NCBI RefSeq assembly: GCF_018350175.1
Contig: NC_058382.1
Coordinates: 57,538,001 to 57,602,000, forward strand
Reading direction: 5' to 3'
Origin: Felis catus
Lineage: Eukaryota
Length of the DNA stretch: 64,000 nt
The notes under the pieces are model-generated. The model saw nothing but the letters and a program-made list of their open reading frames with translations, ran no database searches and was not told the DNA's origin. A program made the position numbers and the translations under genes. Shown piece after piece: positions 1-10,852 of this stretch (position 1 is the first letter of the stretch; each line of letters starts with the position of its first letter).

Positions 1-60
1 TCTGCCCCTCCCCTGCTCACACTCTGTCTCTGTCTCTCTCAAAAATAAATATCAAAAAAA
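1..60 (+). mobile_element. 3' end of a SINEC (carnivore tRNA-derived SINE)
   Basis: tctgcccctcccctgctcacactctgtctc...aaaaataaata tail. Confidence 0.8.
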
Positions 61-2944
61 ACCAAAATTTTAAATAAAGGTGCTCAATCACCCAGTGCCA
101 GACGCGCAGCTCAGTGCTGACGGGTTTCTATGTTCCTGGAGCCCGCGTTCCCCGCTGTTCCCCGCAAGCTCCCCTGGTTGAAGCCAGGTCGGGCCCTCCC
201 TGGACTCACCTGCTGCCTCTTATCCCGGCCTTCGTACCCACTGTTTCCTCTGCCTTTCATGCCCTTTCCTCCTTCACCTGCCTACTGATCCCCCACGTAC
301 CCCTGTGAAAAGCTCAGATGTCAGTCTCCGATCGCTCTGTGTCAAAAGTGGGTAAGCTTTATCCCAGGGGGGCCGGAAAACTTCAGTATTTGAAAAAAAA
401 ACAAAAAAAAAGTAGTTCATGAAATTTATCACGCCAACAGAGTAAAAAAAGAAAACACTGACCGTGGCAGTGAACCTGTGTTGTGGACTGAGTACAGCAC
501 CCCAGGCACCCTGCTAAGCCCTCTGCAATGACTCACTAAATTCTCCCTGTGACCCAGATGCTCCCTGTAGGCTCGGTTGTAAACCCCGGTTCACAGAGGA
601 GAAAAGCAAGGCACAGAGGGTCTCAGTAACTTGCCCGAGGTCACACAGCTGGTAAATGGTAGACGGGAGAGCTGAACTCCCGACGACACCGGGTGTCGTT
701 ACTACCTGCCGTGCCGAAGGAATGATTGGAGGGACCGGCATACACGAAGTGACACAGGATCCGGAGAGAGGACAGCCCTCCGGGTGAGTCCCCGCAGTGG
801 AGGACAGCGAGGCTCGGGCAGGCAGTGCAAGGGTTCTGGCTGGAGGCTGCAGTGCAGGACATGCATCTCTGTGAAGTCTGTGAAGCCGACTCCCAGGGAC
901 CCGGTGTCCCGGCCTCCCTTGGGTCCCCGGGGCACGGGGCCTCCTCCGCCCACCCCTTATCTTCTCCGTGTCGCAACTGTGTGTTCACGGGGGACCCGCG
1001 CTGGGTTTCACTCAGACCTTTTTGGCCAGGACTTATTTGCCCTGCCTAGAAACAATCCACTTTTCTGGAACAAAAAAGAGGGACAGGATTCGAGACCCCA
1101 GGAGCCCTGGTGGGAACAAAGCCAGAACCCACTCCGGGAGGCAGTGACGCAAGAAGCCAGTCCCTGGCAGGTCAGAGCAGACCAGCTGCTCAGCTGACCA
1201 GGTACTGACCAGACACTTCAGTATTTGAAAAAAAATACTTTCTCCCAAGTGGGGGCAGGCCTGGGCCTGGAGTCTGACCTTCCGGAGGACCACGGGGGTC
1301 CAGCATCCAGGATTGGGGGGGGGGGACAGGCAGCTTGTAGAGGAATGTAGAGGTGATGTCGAACAGGGTGATGGGGGTTCCGAGGGGATTTGTCTGAGAG
1401 TGCTGCCTGACGCTCTGTTCCTAGAATCCTTCAGGCACCACTTCTGGGCTCAGTGGAGAGTGTGCTGTAATCGATTAGCAATGTCTGCCACGGATATAGG
1501 ATGAGAAGTATGGGCAGGACGGTTACGTGTTTACCATCCCAGTTAGTGGGGCGTGGGAGAAGGGAGCTGATAACTAGTAACACTAGCGGCTACCATCTAC
1601 TGAGCTCTTGGAACGTGCCAGAAACCACAAAAAGTGCTTTTCCTGCCCTATTTCATTTCATTCTCAAACCAGCTCCGGGAGATAAGGGCGGCCCCTCCTT
1701 TAGAAGGTCCGTTCCACGAGGGCCATGATTTTATCTCCCTGTGTTGCTTACTGCTGTATCCCCAGCCCCTCGAAGAGTACCTGGCAGGGCCTCCGCGAAG
1801 CATCTGCTGTTGACTAGATTAACTCTCATTTTGCAGATGACGACACTGAGGCCCAGAGGGGTAAGCGACTTGCTCCCCGGCCTGCAGCTAGCAGGAAGCA
1901 CCGCTGTGGGACAGCGTCTCTTGTACAACTTTGTGATGATGGCATCGTCCTGTAACCTCTGCCGTCCAGGGCAACAGTCCCTAGCGCGTGTGGCTGTGAA
2001 TGCTCGACATGAGGCTCAAGCGACGAATTTTGAGTCTTAGGTGGTCTTAGCTAATTGACATTGAAATGGCCACCTGGGGCCGTTGGTGACCACTTTGCAC
2101 AGCATCGCTCTAGAGCCTGGGGGGCTTGACTCCCCCCCTAGACCGATACCAGACTCCAGATTCAGAATGTGGTTCTGATGCACACGGATACCCTGAGACG
2201 TTCCCGGTCTCCACCGATGCGCAGGGATACCCTGAGACGTGCTTGGTTGCAGTTCCGTCGGGGAGGGCAGGGGTGTAACCAAGGAGTGGACTTACCACGA
2301 ACAACCGGGTTTGTGTTCTGCCGGCTGCGACAGTTCGGGGAAGGCTTTTTTCTGCGTTGTCTCACTTTACACGAGACGTCGGAAGACTCCAGGGGAGGAT
2401 GTGGCCCACTCGGGGTTACCTGCTGGCCTTGGACCCAGGCCCTGAAGTCCCTCCCAAGTGTTTCATTTTAACAGTTGACGAAAAGAGAAACACGTGGTCC
2501 GCCTGGCGTGCCACGGGGGAGTCAGGCCGCGGGCGATGCGAGCTTAGTTAGGGGGCTCGGTGTAAGCGCACGACCCAAGACAGAGTCAGCGGCAGGTGAA
2601 ACCGTGACGGGCGGGGAGCCTCTTGTTCATCTTACACGTGGCACCTGCTTCCCCGGTCACCTTGTCCCTACCTCTGGCCGGGGGCGGCCGTCTTTCCTTC
2701 CTTCCAGTCACGGCATCCTCCTGAGAAAGTCCCAGAAGCTGATGGAAACGCTAAGGTATAAACGACCGGGAGGCAGCGCGTCCACTGCCCGACAATTTCT
2801 CTTTTGACAGGAAGAAGGGGCTACAGCTGGGAACCGCTCTCCGGCTGGCCGAGCGTCAGGCGTCATCAGCAAAAGCTCACACATATTCAGCTGGCCGTGG
2901 CAGGTGCCGCCGGGAGTGCCGGTCATGGGGTAAATCAGTGATTT

Positions 2945-3164
2945 CTTATTATTTTTTAAATGTTTACTTATTTTTGAGACAGAGAGAGACAGAACGTGAG
3001 CGGGGGAGGGGCAGAGAGAGAGGGAGACACAGGTTCCGAAGCAGGCTCCAGGCTCCGAGCTGTCAGCACAGAGCCCGGCGCGGGGCTGGAACCCACGAAC
3101 CGCAAGATCGTGACTTGAGCGGAAGTCAGAGGCTCAACCGACTGAGCCGCCCAGACAGACCCCC
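2945..3164 (-). mobile_element. SINEC (felid type)
   Basis: T-rich tail, (GA)n, gcaggctccaggctccgagctgtcagcacagagccc body. Confidence 0.9.
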
Positions 3165-4114
3165 AGTGTGGCTCTGCCCGTTGGCTGGCCTGATCCTCTA
3201 GAGGCATCTGGTGCTTCCCGTCCTCGGGTCTAAACAGTTACAAACTTACAAGAGTGAGCCTGCCAAGAACTGCGCTTGGGGCCGTGATCCAGGTCGGCCC
3301 CTGGGCCTGCCCCTCGGTGCCCGGCTGCAATTTTTCTAGATTACTCAGCTTTTGGGAGGGAAGCTGGGCCAAGGACAAACACTTGGTGAGAAGAACAGAC
3401 TGTTTAGAGAACAGGCCCACCTCCTTCTCCCTCCCTCCTCCTCCGGGAGACAGGGGAGCCTGCAAACTCCCCGCGGCGGGGGGGGGGGGGGGGGGGGCCA
3501 GCTCCAAGTGCAAGTTCTCAGGGCCCGCCCCTGCCAAGCCCAGCTGCTCTCCGAAAGTCTGGCTGGCCTTTCACACTCACGCTCGCGGGGACACCTTTCT
3601 CTGCCTCCCCTTCCTACCGGCTGCAACCTCCTGGGCACAGGGAGGTCAGGGCCAACTCAGTAGCCTGAAAGAAAGGCAGCTTGCAGCCCTTTCAGAGAAG
3701 CTTCTAGCGCGCTGGTTAACTTTGGGCGCTGGCGCACGGTGGCGTGGGTTCCTCATCCTGGTTCCTGCGCTCACCCATCTGTGTGGTACGGGATGCGTCC
3801 TCCACTCCCAGAGCCTCTGTTTCCTCATCTGTAAAGTGGGGTGACGGTAGCATGGGCCCCGAAGGCTACCGTGAGGGCCTGTGTATTACCTGCCATTAAC
3901 TAGGCCTCACTTGCCTACACTTTCCTCCTCCCTGCCCCGTGCCTGTTTCTTTCCTTTTTTTTTTTTTCTCCTATTTTTATTTTTTGCCATTCTGTGTATC
4001 CAGATGACGTGTTCTTTACGAGGGAGAGTCAGCTGTGCGTGTTCCTGAAGTTATCAAGCATAGAAATAACAGCCTCGCGTGTCCCTCTCTGGTGACAGTT
4101 CCACCTGCCCCATC

Positions 4115-4522
4115 TAGGGCCGGCAGCCTCACAGAGCTCGACACTCAGGCTTGGGATTTAACGCTCTGAGATTGTTGTCTTGGAATTCTTAATAATTCCA
4201 TTTGTTGGATTTGTATGAGTGGGTTGGTGGGCGTGGCTCACAGGTTTACGTCACTGTCGCTCCGTGGGGGCTTGGGCACAGACAGGTGCGGGGAGGCTTA
4301 GGGCCAAGCCTCTGGGCGCTGCCCACCAAATTCCACGGCCTGGGGTGCCGGGAGGGTCTGCATGTGTCCCACAAGTATCTCCATGCTCAAGGCACCCGGC
4401 ACAAGACGGCACCACGACAGATCGAGAGAGATTGCCGAAGAAAGGAAATCACGTTCTTCTTGCTTTAGGGGCCCCACATGTTCATTTTGCCCCGGACCCT
4501 GCAAATTACGTAGCTGGCCGTG
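4115..4522. mobile_element. MER45-like hAT DNA transposon remnant
   Basis: agggccggc...gtcttggaattcttaataatt and ggggccccacatgttcattttgccccggaccctgcaaattacgtagctggcc resemble the recalled MER45 ends. Confidence 0.6.
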
Positions 4523-5009
4523 GTTCCGTCCGGTGCCGGAATCTCAGAAGTGTCAGGGCACTGAGCCACTGCCAGGGGTTCCCACCGGAACAGCCTTTGG
4601 GGGGTTATTTAGAGCCTCACAAATATGCACTCCTCTGGGCCAGCGTTATTTATAACAGGGAAAGCGGCCCAACAATGGGGGAGGGGGTCAAGCGTACAAT
4701 CAAGATGGGGGGGGAGGGATCAGATGCCCCTGGAGAAGCATGTCGTAGAGAAGAACTTAGGGCGTGAGAAAAACTCATGATATTTGCAAAAGAGGAAAAA
4801 AGGCAGTCAGCAGAGGGCCTGTACCACGTGACTTCATTTGCATAGATGTGTGGGCAACATATACTGGGCTGACTTACACTTAAGTACTGACAGCTGCTGT
4901 CCTTAGGTGGGCGATTTTTTTTCCCCTTTTGTGGGTGCGTGTTTTCAACTTCCACACACGGGGCGCGCATCACTTTTGCCACTGCACAGAGGAGCGACGG
5001 TGGGGGGGG

Positions 5010-5240
5010 CAAGCTTAGCTCAGACCTGCAGACTGTGAGGCTTGACTGCCTGGGTTCAAAGCTCGGTTCTGCTCTGGCCAAGCTCTGTGACCTTGGGCAA
5101 GTGATTGAACTTCTCTGGGCCTCAGTCTCCCCGTCTGTGAGCCGGGCGAGTAATACCACCTCCCTCAAAGAGCCAGGGGGATGAAATGAGTTCAGAGGTG
5201 CAAGGGGCTTAGACCAATGGCTAGCTCATAGCAAGCTGCG
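5010..5240 (+). mobile_element. MIR SINE (similar degraded MIRs near 500-700, 1820-1900, 3740-3880, 14020-14260, 14520-14640, 42040-42180 and 48700-48870)
   Basis: gactgcctgggttcaaa...ctgtgaccttgggcaagtgattgaacttctctgggcctcagt MIR core. Confidence 0.8.
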
Positions 5241-5935
5241 TATAGCATTGATGTTATTCTTGTAAAGAAATTATATAAGGGAAAATCCCGAAGACGCAAC
5301 AATATTAGCAATCGTTATTTCTGGATGGTGCAGAAGCGAGTGGTTTACTTTTCCTTTTGGACTTCTCTGCATTTCCCTTGAAGCATGCACTCCTTTTAGA
5401 ATTGGAAAGAAAATAGTAATTAAAGGGGAAATAAAAGTGAAAGTGTCGGGGAAAACAGGATGAAGTCTGCATGCTTTTCCGGTCACGGTCACCAGTGGAT
5501 CCTTGAGCTTGTCCCAGGCCCTTATTCTAGGCCTCATCCGGTTGTGGTCCGAGTTCTCCTTCAAAAAGGATCCAACATCTGGTGGACAGATGCCAGTGCT
5601 GAATTAGAGGCTCTGGCGATCAAGTATCTATAGCTAAATCTTTCCAATAGATATATATCCATATACACATAGACTCATACATATATCATTTACTATACTA
5701 TATCCATCCATCTATCTACTATATATATAATATGTATATATACAGAGAAGGAATCGTTAACTACAACTATAAAAAAGAATACTCCCACCCACAGCGCTGA
5801 AAAAGAACCCTAACAGGAGACTGACCATGATATGGTAATTGCTCACTCACTCGCTTGCCTCCCTGCCTAAAATTCCTGAAAATGTCTTCTATCCCAGGCA
5901 CGTACCACAGTGCCTGGAGCATTGTAGAAACTCCC

Positions 5936-6151
5936 GGGGCGCCTGGGTGGCTCAGTCGGTTGGGCGTCTGACTTCAGCTCAGGTTAAGATCTCACAGTCT
6001 GTGAGTTCGAGCCCCGCGTCGGGCTCTGGGCTGATGGCTCAGAGCCTGGAGCCTGTTTCCGATTCTGTGTCTCCCTCTCTCTTGGCCCCTCCCCCGTTCA
6101 TGCTCTGTCTCTCTCTGTCTCGAAAATAAATAAACGTTAAAAAAAAAAAAA
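5936..6151 (+). mobile_element. Full-length SINEC with target-site duplication (TSD) agaaactccc
   Basis: ggggcgcctgggtggctcagtcggtt head, poly(A) tail, flanking direct repeat. Confidence 0.93.
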
Positions 6152-6399
6152 AGAAACTCCCTCCAAGTCTGTTGAATGAACTAATGAATGAAGGCGGGCG
6201 TGAGTTCAAGGAATAGCAGACATTCACATGGCAAGATACAGAGGTAGAACAAGATGTGGGATTAGCTTTTTTCGGGGGGTTAGACATAGATCGAGGGAGG
6301 GTCAAAGATGAGCAAGGAAGGCTTCCGAGTAAAGATGATGCCTGACTGAAGGCCTGAAGGTGGTTCCAACGTTAGTTTTACCGTAAGTCCCTTTATATT

Positions 6400-6620
6400 A
6401 TTTTATGTTAATTTTTTTAACGTTCATTTAATTTTGAGAGAGAGAGAGTGCGAGAGCAGGGGAGGGGCAGAGAGAGAGAGGGAGACGCAGAATCGGAAGC
6501 AGGCTCCAGGCTCCGAGCCGTCAGCACAGAGCCCGACGCGGGGCTCGAACTCACAAACCCTCAGATCATGACCTGAGCCGAAGTCAGAGGCTCAACCGAC
6601 TGAGCCACCCAGGCGCCCCC
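6400..6620 (-). mobile_element. SINEC
   Basis: Full antisense body ending ...gccacccaggcgcccc. Confidence 0.92.
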
Positions 6621-6944
6621 TACCCTAAGTCCTTTTAAATTAAAAAGATACTTTCTATACTTTTGTTTCTCCACCAATTAAAGATCTTTAATACAAATCC
6701 CAATCGTCCCAAGTCATCTTTGAAAAAGGCCCATGAGTGTTGTGTCTAGCACGGAAAGGGCCAAGACCAGCCTCGAGGATTTCCCCGGCCATGCTGACTC
6801 CCCAGCCCTATTTTCTATTCTTTTCTGGCCCATCTTCAGGGCTGCAACCAGCCCCTGCTTTACGGGGCCCTGAAAGACGCGCTGAATCCTTCCCAGAGAA
6901 GACAGGGAGTAGAAAAACAAGGAGACAGAGCCTTTTGTTTGATT

Positions 6945-7285
6945 TTCTTTTTGTAACAGCTTTACTGAGAGGTAATTCGCATACCATACATTTGCCTTTT
7001 TAAATGGTACAATTCAATGGCTTTTGGTATATTCAGAGTTGTGCAGTCATCACTATTACCCAATTCCAGAACATTTTTATCACCCCCAAGGAGAAGTCCC
7101 TTGTACGGCCGCCCCCGTTTCCTCCCAGCCCCCCCAGACCCAGGCAACCACCAACCTACTTTGTCTCCATGGGTTCCCCTGTTCGGGACGCTTCATGTAA
7201 CTAAAACCATACCCTATGTGTCCTTCTGGTGTCTGACTTCCTTCACTCAGCGTAATGGTGTCCAGGTTCAACCGAGCCGTAGCAG
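6945..7285 (-). mobile_element. Old L1 (L1MB-like) 3' end fragment
   Basis: acagctttactgagaggtaattcgcataccata...ttccagaacatttttatcacccc...ggcaaccaccaacctactttgtctc...cttccttcactcagcgtaatg. Confidence 0.8.
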
Positions 7286-7689
7286 GAGGTAAGCTGGACA
7301 ACTGCTAGACGGGTGGGGGATAGTTAAATTCACCCATCCCACAGTGTTAACCAGATTACGGAGCGCCTACTGCGTGCCAGTCCTGAGGGCCCGGCCAGGA
7401 ATAAAACCGACCGTAAACTCTGTCCCGGAGGGTTTCTAGTGGGGGAGAGAGAGACCCTAAACCCAATGAGTAAGAAAGGGATTTGGCACATTCAACGGCG
7501 CCAAGAGCCACGTGAAGCGCAAAGCTGCAAGCGGCGACAGAGGGGGAAGGTGACCATACCTAGAGGGGCCAACGGACGCCTCACTTTAGGGTGAGCGCAG
7601 CGGGCTGAGGACCCCTTGCAGCGCTCAGGTCGGTCCCTAGGGGCCGCGCCAGGGACTCTGGCAGACCCTAGCGGGCGTTTCGCAGGGCC

Positions 7690-8720
7690 AACCTGGGGGC
7701 TGCGCGCGCGGGGGCGAGTCCGGGGGGGGTGGGAGGTGGGGCTGCGGCCGAGGGTGGGCGCTCCGGCCCCGCCCCCTCCTCCGGCCGCGCGCACCGCCCC
7801 CAACTCCCCCGGCCGCGCGCACCACGGCCTCCCTCCCCCGGCCGCGCGCACCGCCCCCTCTTCCCCCGGCCGCGCGCACCACCGCCTCCCTCCCCGGCCG
7901 CGCGCGCCTCCCTTCACCGCCCCCCGCCTGCCGCGCGCGCCTCCCCCCGCCCCCCACCCCGGCTCGCGCGCCTCCCTCCCTCCCTCCCCCGGCCGCGCGC
8001 GCCCTCCTCCCTCCCCGGCGCAGGCCCCGCCTCGGCGCCGCCTGAGCCCACCTCCTCGTGGCCGCCGCCATTGGCCGCGCGCGCCGCCTCCGCCCTCGGC
8101 CTCGCACTTCCTGGCGGAGCCATGGCTGCGCAGCCGGCCGGTCCCGGGGCTCCGGCGACCCGGCCCCGCCGCCGCGCCCGTCCGGTCCCGCCGCCGCCGG
8201 GGGTCCCCGCGCCGCTCCCGTAGCGCGCCCTCCAGGTGGGCCTCCGCGCGCGCCGTCGGGGGATCCGGGGAGTGGGGAGGGTCCCCGCCCCGCGAGCGGC
8301 GACCCCCGGCCGCGCCGCCCCCTCCCCCTCCCGGCGTCCCGCGGTGCTGGGGGGGGGGGGACGCGGCGGGAAGGGGAACACGGAGGGGCAGCGGCCGCCG
8401 TCGCAGGTGAGACAGGTGCGGCCTGCGCGGCCCAGGTGAGTGTCCCCGCGTCCCGCCGCGGGCGCCGGCCCGGCCGCTTCCCGACTCCGCCTGCTCGCCG
8501 CCCGCTCGAGCTGGCCCGGCGGCCGTTGGGCCGCCAGTTCCGCCGGCGGGTGTGTGTGTGTGGGGGGGGGTGCGACCCAGCGACCGCGGCGGCCCCGAGA
8601 CCCTGTCCTCGAGACCCGGGGCTGGTGAGTAGCGGCGGGTGTCCGAGGCCATGTCCCGATCGCCGAGGTCCGGCAGGTTCAGGGTAGAAACCCGGAGGCA
8701 GCTCTGAGAGCAGGCTCCCT
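7690..8720 (+). promoter_or_regulatory. KLHL36: CpG-island promoter and non-coding first exon region of KLHL36
   Basis: Very GC/CpG-rich island ~2 kb upstream of the first coding exon. It has GC boxes, GCCGCCATTGG (~8063-8074, YY1-like/reverse CCAAT), an ETS-type CACTTCCTGG (8105-8114) and splice donors at 8236, 8407, 8436 and 8625. Confidence 0.85.
7781..8010. repeat. GC-rich minisatellite (~28-30 bp unit, core CCGGCCGCGCGC, ~8 degenerate copies)
   Basis: Core at about 7781, 7809, 7838, 7866, 7894 and 7989, with variants near 7929 and 7959. Confidence 0.8.
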
Positions 8721-10330
8721 GGGGACCCTCCGTCCGGACGTGGCCTCTGGTCCCATGTTTACTAAGAGATCTTGTAACGCGGAACTGGGGATCGCCGCTG
8801 CCCGTGCGGATGGCCTTGACCCCTTAAAGCACGCGAGGCGGCTGACACCCAGCGCTCCTGTACACATTGGCCCCAAACCGCTTGCCCCGAGACAAAAGGG
8901 AGCCTCCACCAAGGGGAACTCTCTTAAGAAATCTTGGCCTAGAAAAGAACGCTTTGAGCGCTGAGAGCAAACCTGAGCTCTGGCTGGTTGCGGGGGGGGG
9001 GGGGGGGGTGCGGGGGAGGGTTGTGGAGAGAGAGGGACCTGCTGCTTTCTGGGGTGTGACCTTGGACGGCCCCCTCCACCACCTGAGCGTCAGAGTCTCA
9101 GAGGGTGAAGGGAAAACATCCAGCAGGCCCGGCCCAATATTGATTTCCTTCCTTTCCCTCATGACCCCCCCCCCCCCCCCAGCAGCCCAGGGGCAGTCAA
9201 AAGGATCAGGGGGGTGGGTACAGCTGGCCTTTGTCACAAAGTTGCTAGTTTGTCAGGGGGAAATCTAGCTGTCCTTTCCTTCCCCAGGGAGCTGGACAGG
9301 ATGGATTGTGCCCGAATGTATGCCCCCCATTATCTTGACACTGTGCTTACATTTTGTGACATTTTTCTTTATTAGCCTAGGCTGTTGGTTCAGTAGGTAG
9401 CAACTTAGCAAGGGGAAGAAATTCCTCGTTAAGCCCAGGGTGTGACTTGCTTAAGTCCTTTCTCGGTGCCCCCATGCCCTCCAGATCCCCTAAAGCCTAC
9501 CTCTGTGCTATTGTTAGTGACTTACTTGGCTGGAAGAAACTTTAAGGTGTCTGATTCACCCCCCATCCCGGAGACGTGATTACGACGTCTGGAGGTGAAC
9601 GTGAGCGTTTGATTTTATACTGGGTGGTCCAGGCAGGGCCTAAGCCTCAGTAGAGGTTTCTTGCCTGTGGGCAATTTTTTTTTTTTTTTTTCCTGTTTTG
9701 AATGGCCAGGCAGGGTAGCTTGGGGTTGAGAGCAAGGAGGCCCCCCTGGGTGGGAGGCCCAACTCCACAGCTCCTTCCTGGCTGTGTGATGCTGGGCAGT
9801 AGCCTTGGACTCACGGGGTTTTTCTGGGGATTAAATCCGTGAAGACACAGGAAGGCACTTAAAGGAAAAGTACCTGTGTCGAGACCGTGAACGTGTTTTA
9901 TACGTGGCAGTCATCACTGGGTCACAGCCCTGCCTTCGTCATGATCTTTCAAAAGTTAGGCTGTTCTCACAGACTGGGCCACGTTCAGCAGAGCTTGGCG
10001 GTGAAGGGCCCATGTCTGGCCACGTTTGGGGGCCGGACGGACCCGGGTTTGGTTCCCAGCCGTTTATGCGCGTGGTGACTGGAGCTCAACGACCCCAGCT
10101 GTAAAATGGGATGTGACATTAGCCTGGCCGAGTAGTTGCGGGGCTTACACGAGACAGCACAGGTAAATCCCTTAGCCGGCGTCTGCCGTCATTATATCTT
10201 GATCTAGCCGAAGGCCTAGTTGAGATCAAGCATCGGAAGGCAGGTATTTGTAGGAGGTGGGCTGTAAAAGACAGGATGCTGTCAGATTTTAGTTAATAAA
10301 GGAACGACGTTAACTGCACTGTCTGATTCT

Positions 10331-10569
10331 TTTTTTTTCTTTTTTTAATTTTTTTTTCAACGTTTTTTATTTATTTTTATTTTTGGGACAGAGAGAGACA
10401 GAGCATGAACGGGGGAGGGGCAGAGAGAGAGGGAGACACAGAATCGGAAACAGGCTCCAGGCTCCGAGCCATCAGCCCAGAGCCCGATGCGGGGCTCGAA
10501 CTCACGGACCGCGAGATCGTGACCTGGCTGACGTCGGACGCTTAACCGACTGCGCCACCCAGGAGCCCC
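10331..10569 (-). mobile_element. Young SINEC_Fc-type insertion in KLHL36 intron 1 with a perfect 16-bp TSD
   Basis: tgcactgtctgattct at 10315-10330 and 10570-10585. Confidence 0.95.
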
Positions 10570-10789
10570 TGCACTGTCTGATTCTAATCAGCTGAGTTTT
10601 TCAACTCAGCGTAAAAGAGTTCTCATTTCTGTACTGTCTTCTCTCCGTCTTTCCTCCGTGTGACTGGTTTCACCCTCATCGTCCTCGATATCTGTCAGCA
10701 GCCTGCGATTACTGAGTGACCTGGGTTTTTTTTTTTTTTACCACACACTCAAAAATCCCTGTTCTTGTCCTAGGGCTGGGATCTCTTCT

Positions 10790-10852
10790 ATGATGGAGGG
10801 AAGCCGGCAGACGCGAGTGTCACGGCCGTACAAGATCAGCGAATCTTCAAAG
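10790..10852 (+). CDS. KLHL36: KLHL36 first coding exon ([21 protein letters not shown])
   Basis: Acceptor ...cttgtcctAG at 10772-10773, ATGATG at 10790, phase-0 donor AAG|gtctgt at 10853. The translation matches the mammalian KLHL36 N-terminus as recalled. Confidence 0.93.

Noticed and set aside
380..1235. 21-nt direct repeat acttcagtatttgaaaaaaaa at 380 and 1215
   Set aside because: A large part is poly(A), the intervening DNA is not one element, and no mechanism is supported.
2938..3207. Recurrent ORFs such as RQRETERERGRGRERGRHR / SLEPASDSVSPSLSAPP across the window
   Set aside because: Translations of SINEC elements, not a gene family.
7492..8687. Several long Gly/Arg/Pro/Ala-rich ORFs on both strands
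   Set aside because: Stop-codon scarcity in a CpG island and minisatellite; low complexity.
10195..10232. Weak resemblance to the reverse complement of the U2 snRNA 5' end, with an 8-bp inverted repeat
   Set aside because: Only ~24 nt with gaps and no TSD; not distinguishable from chance.
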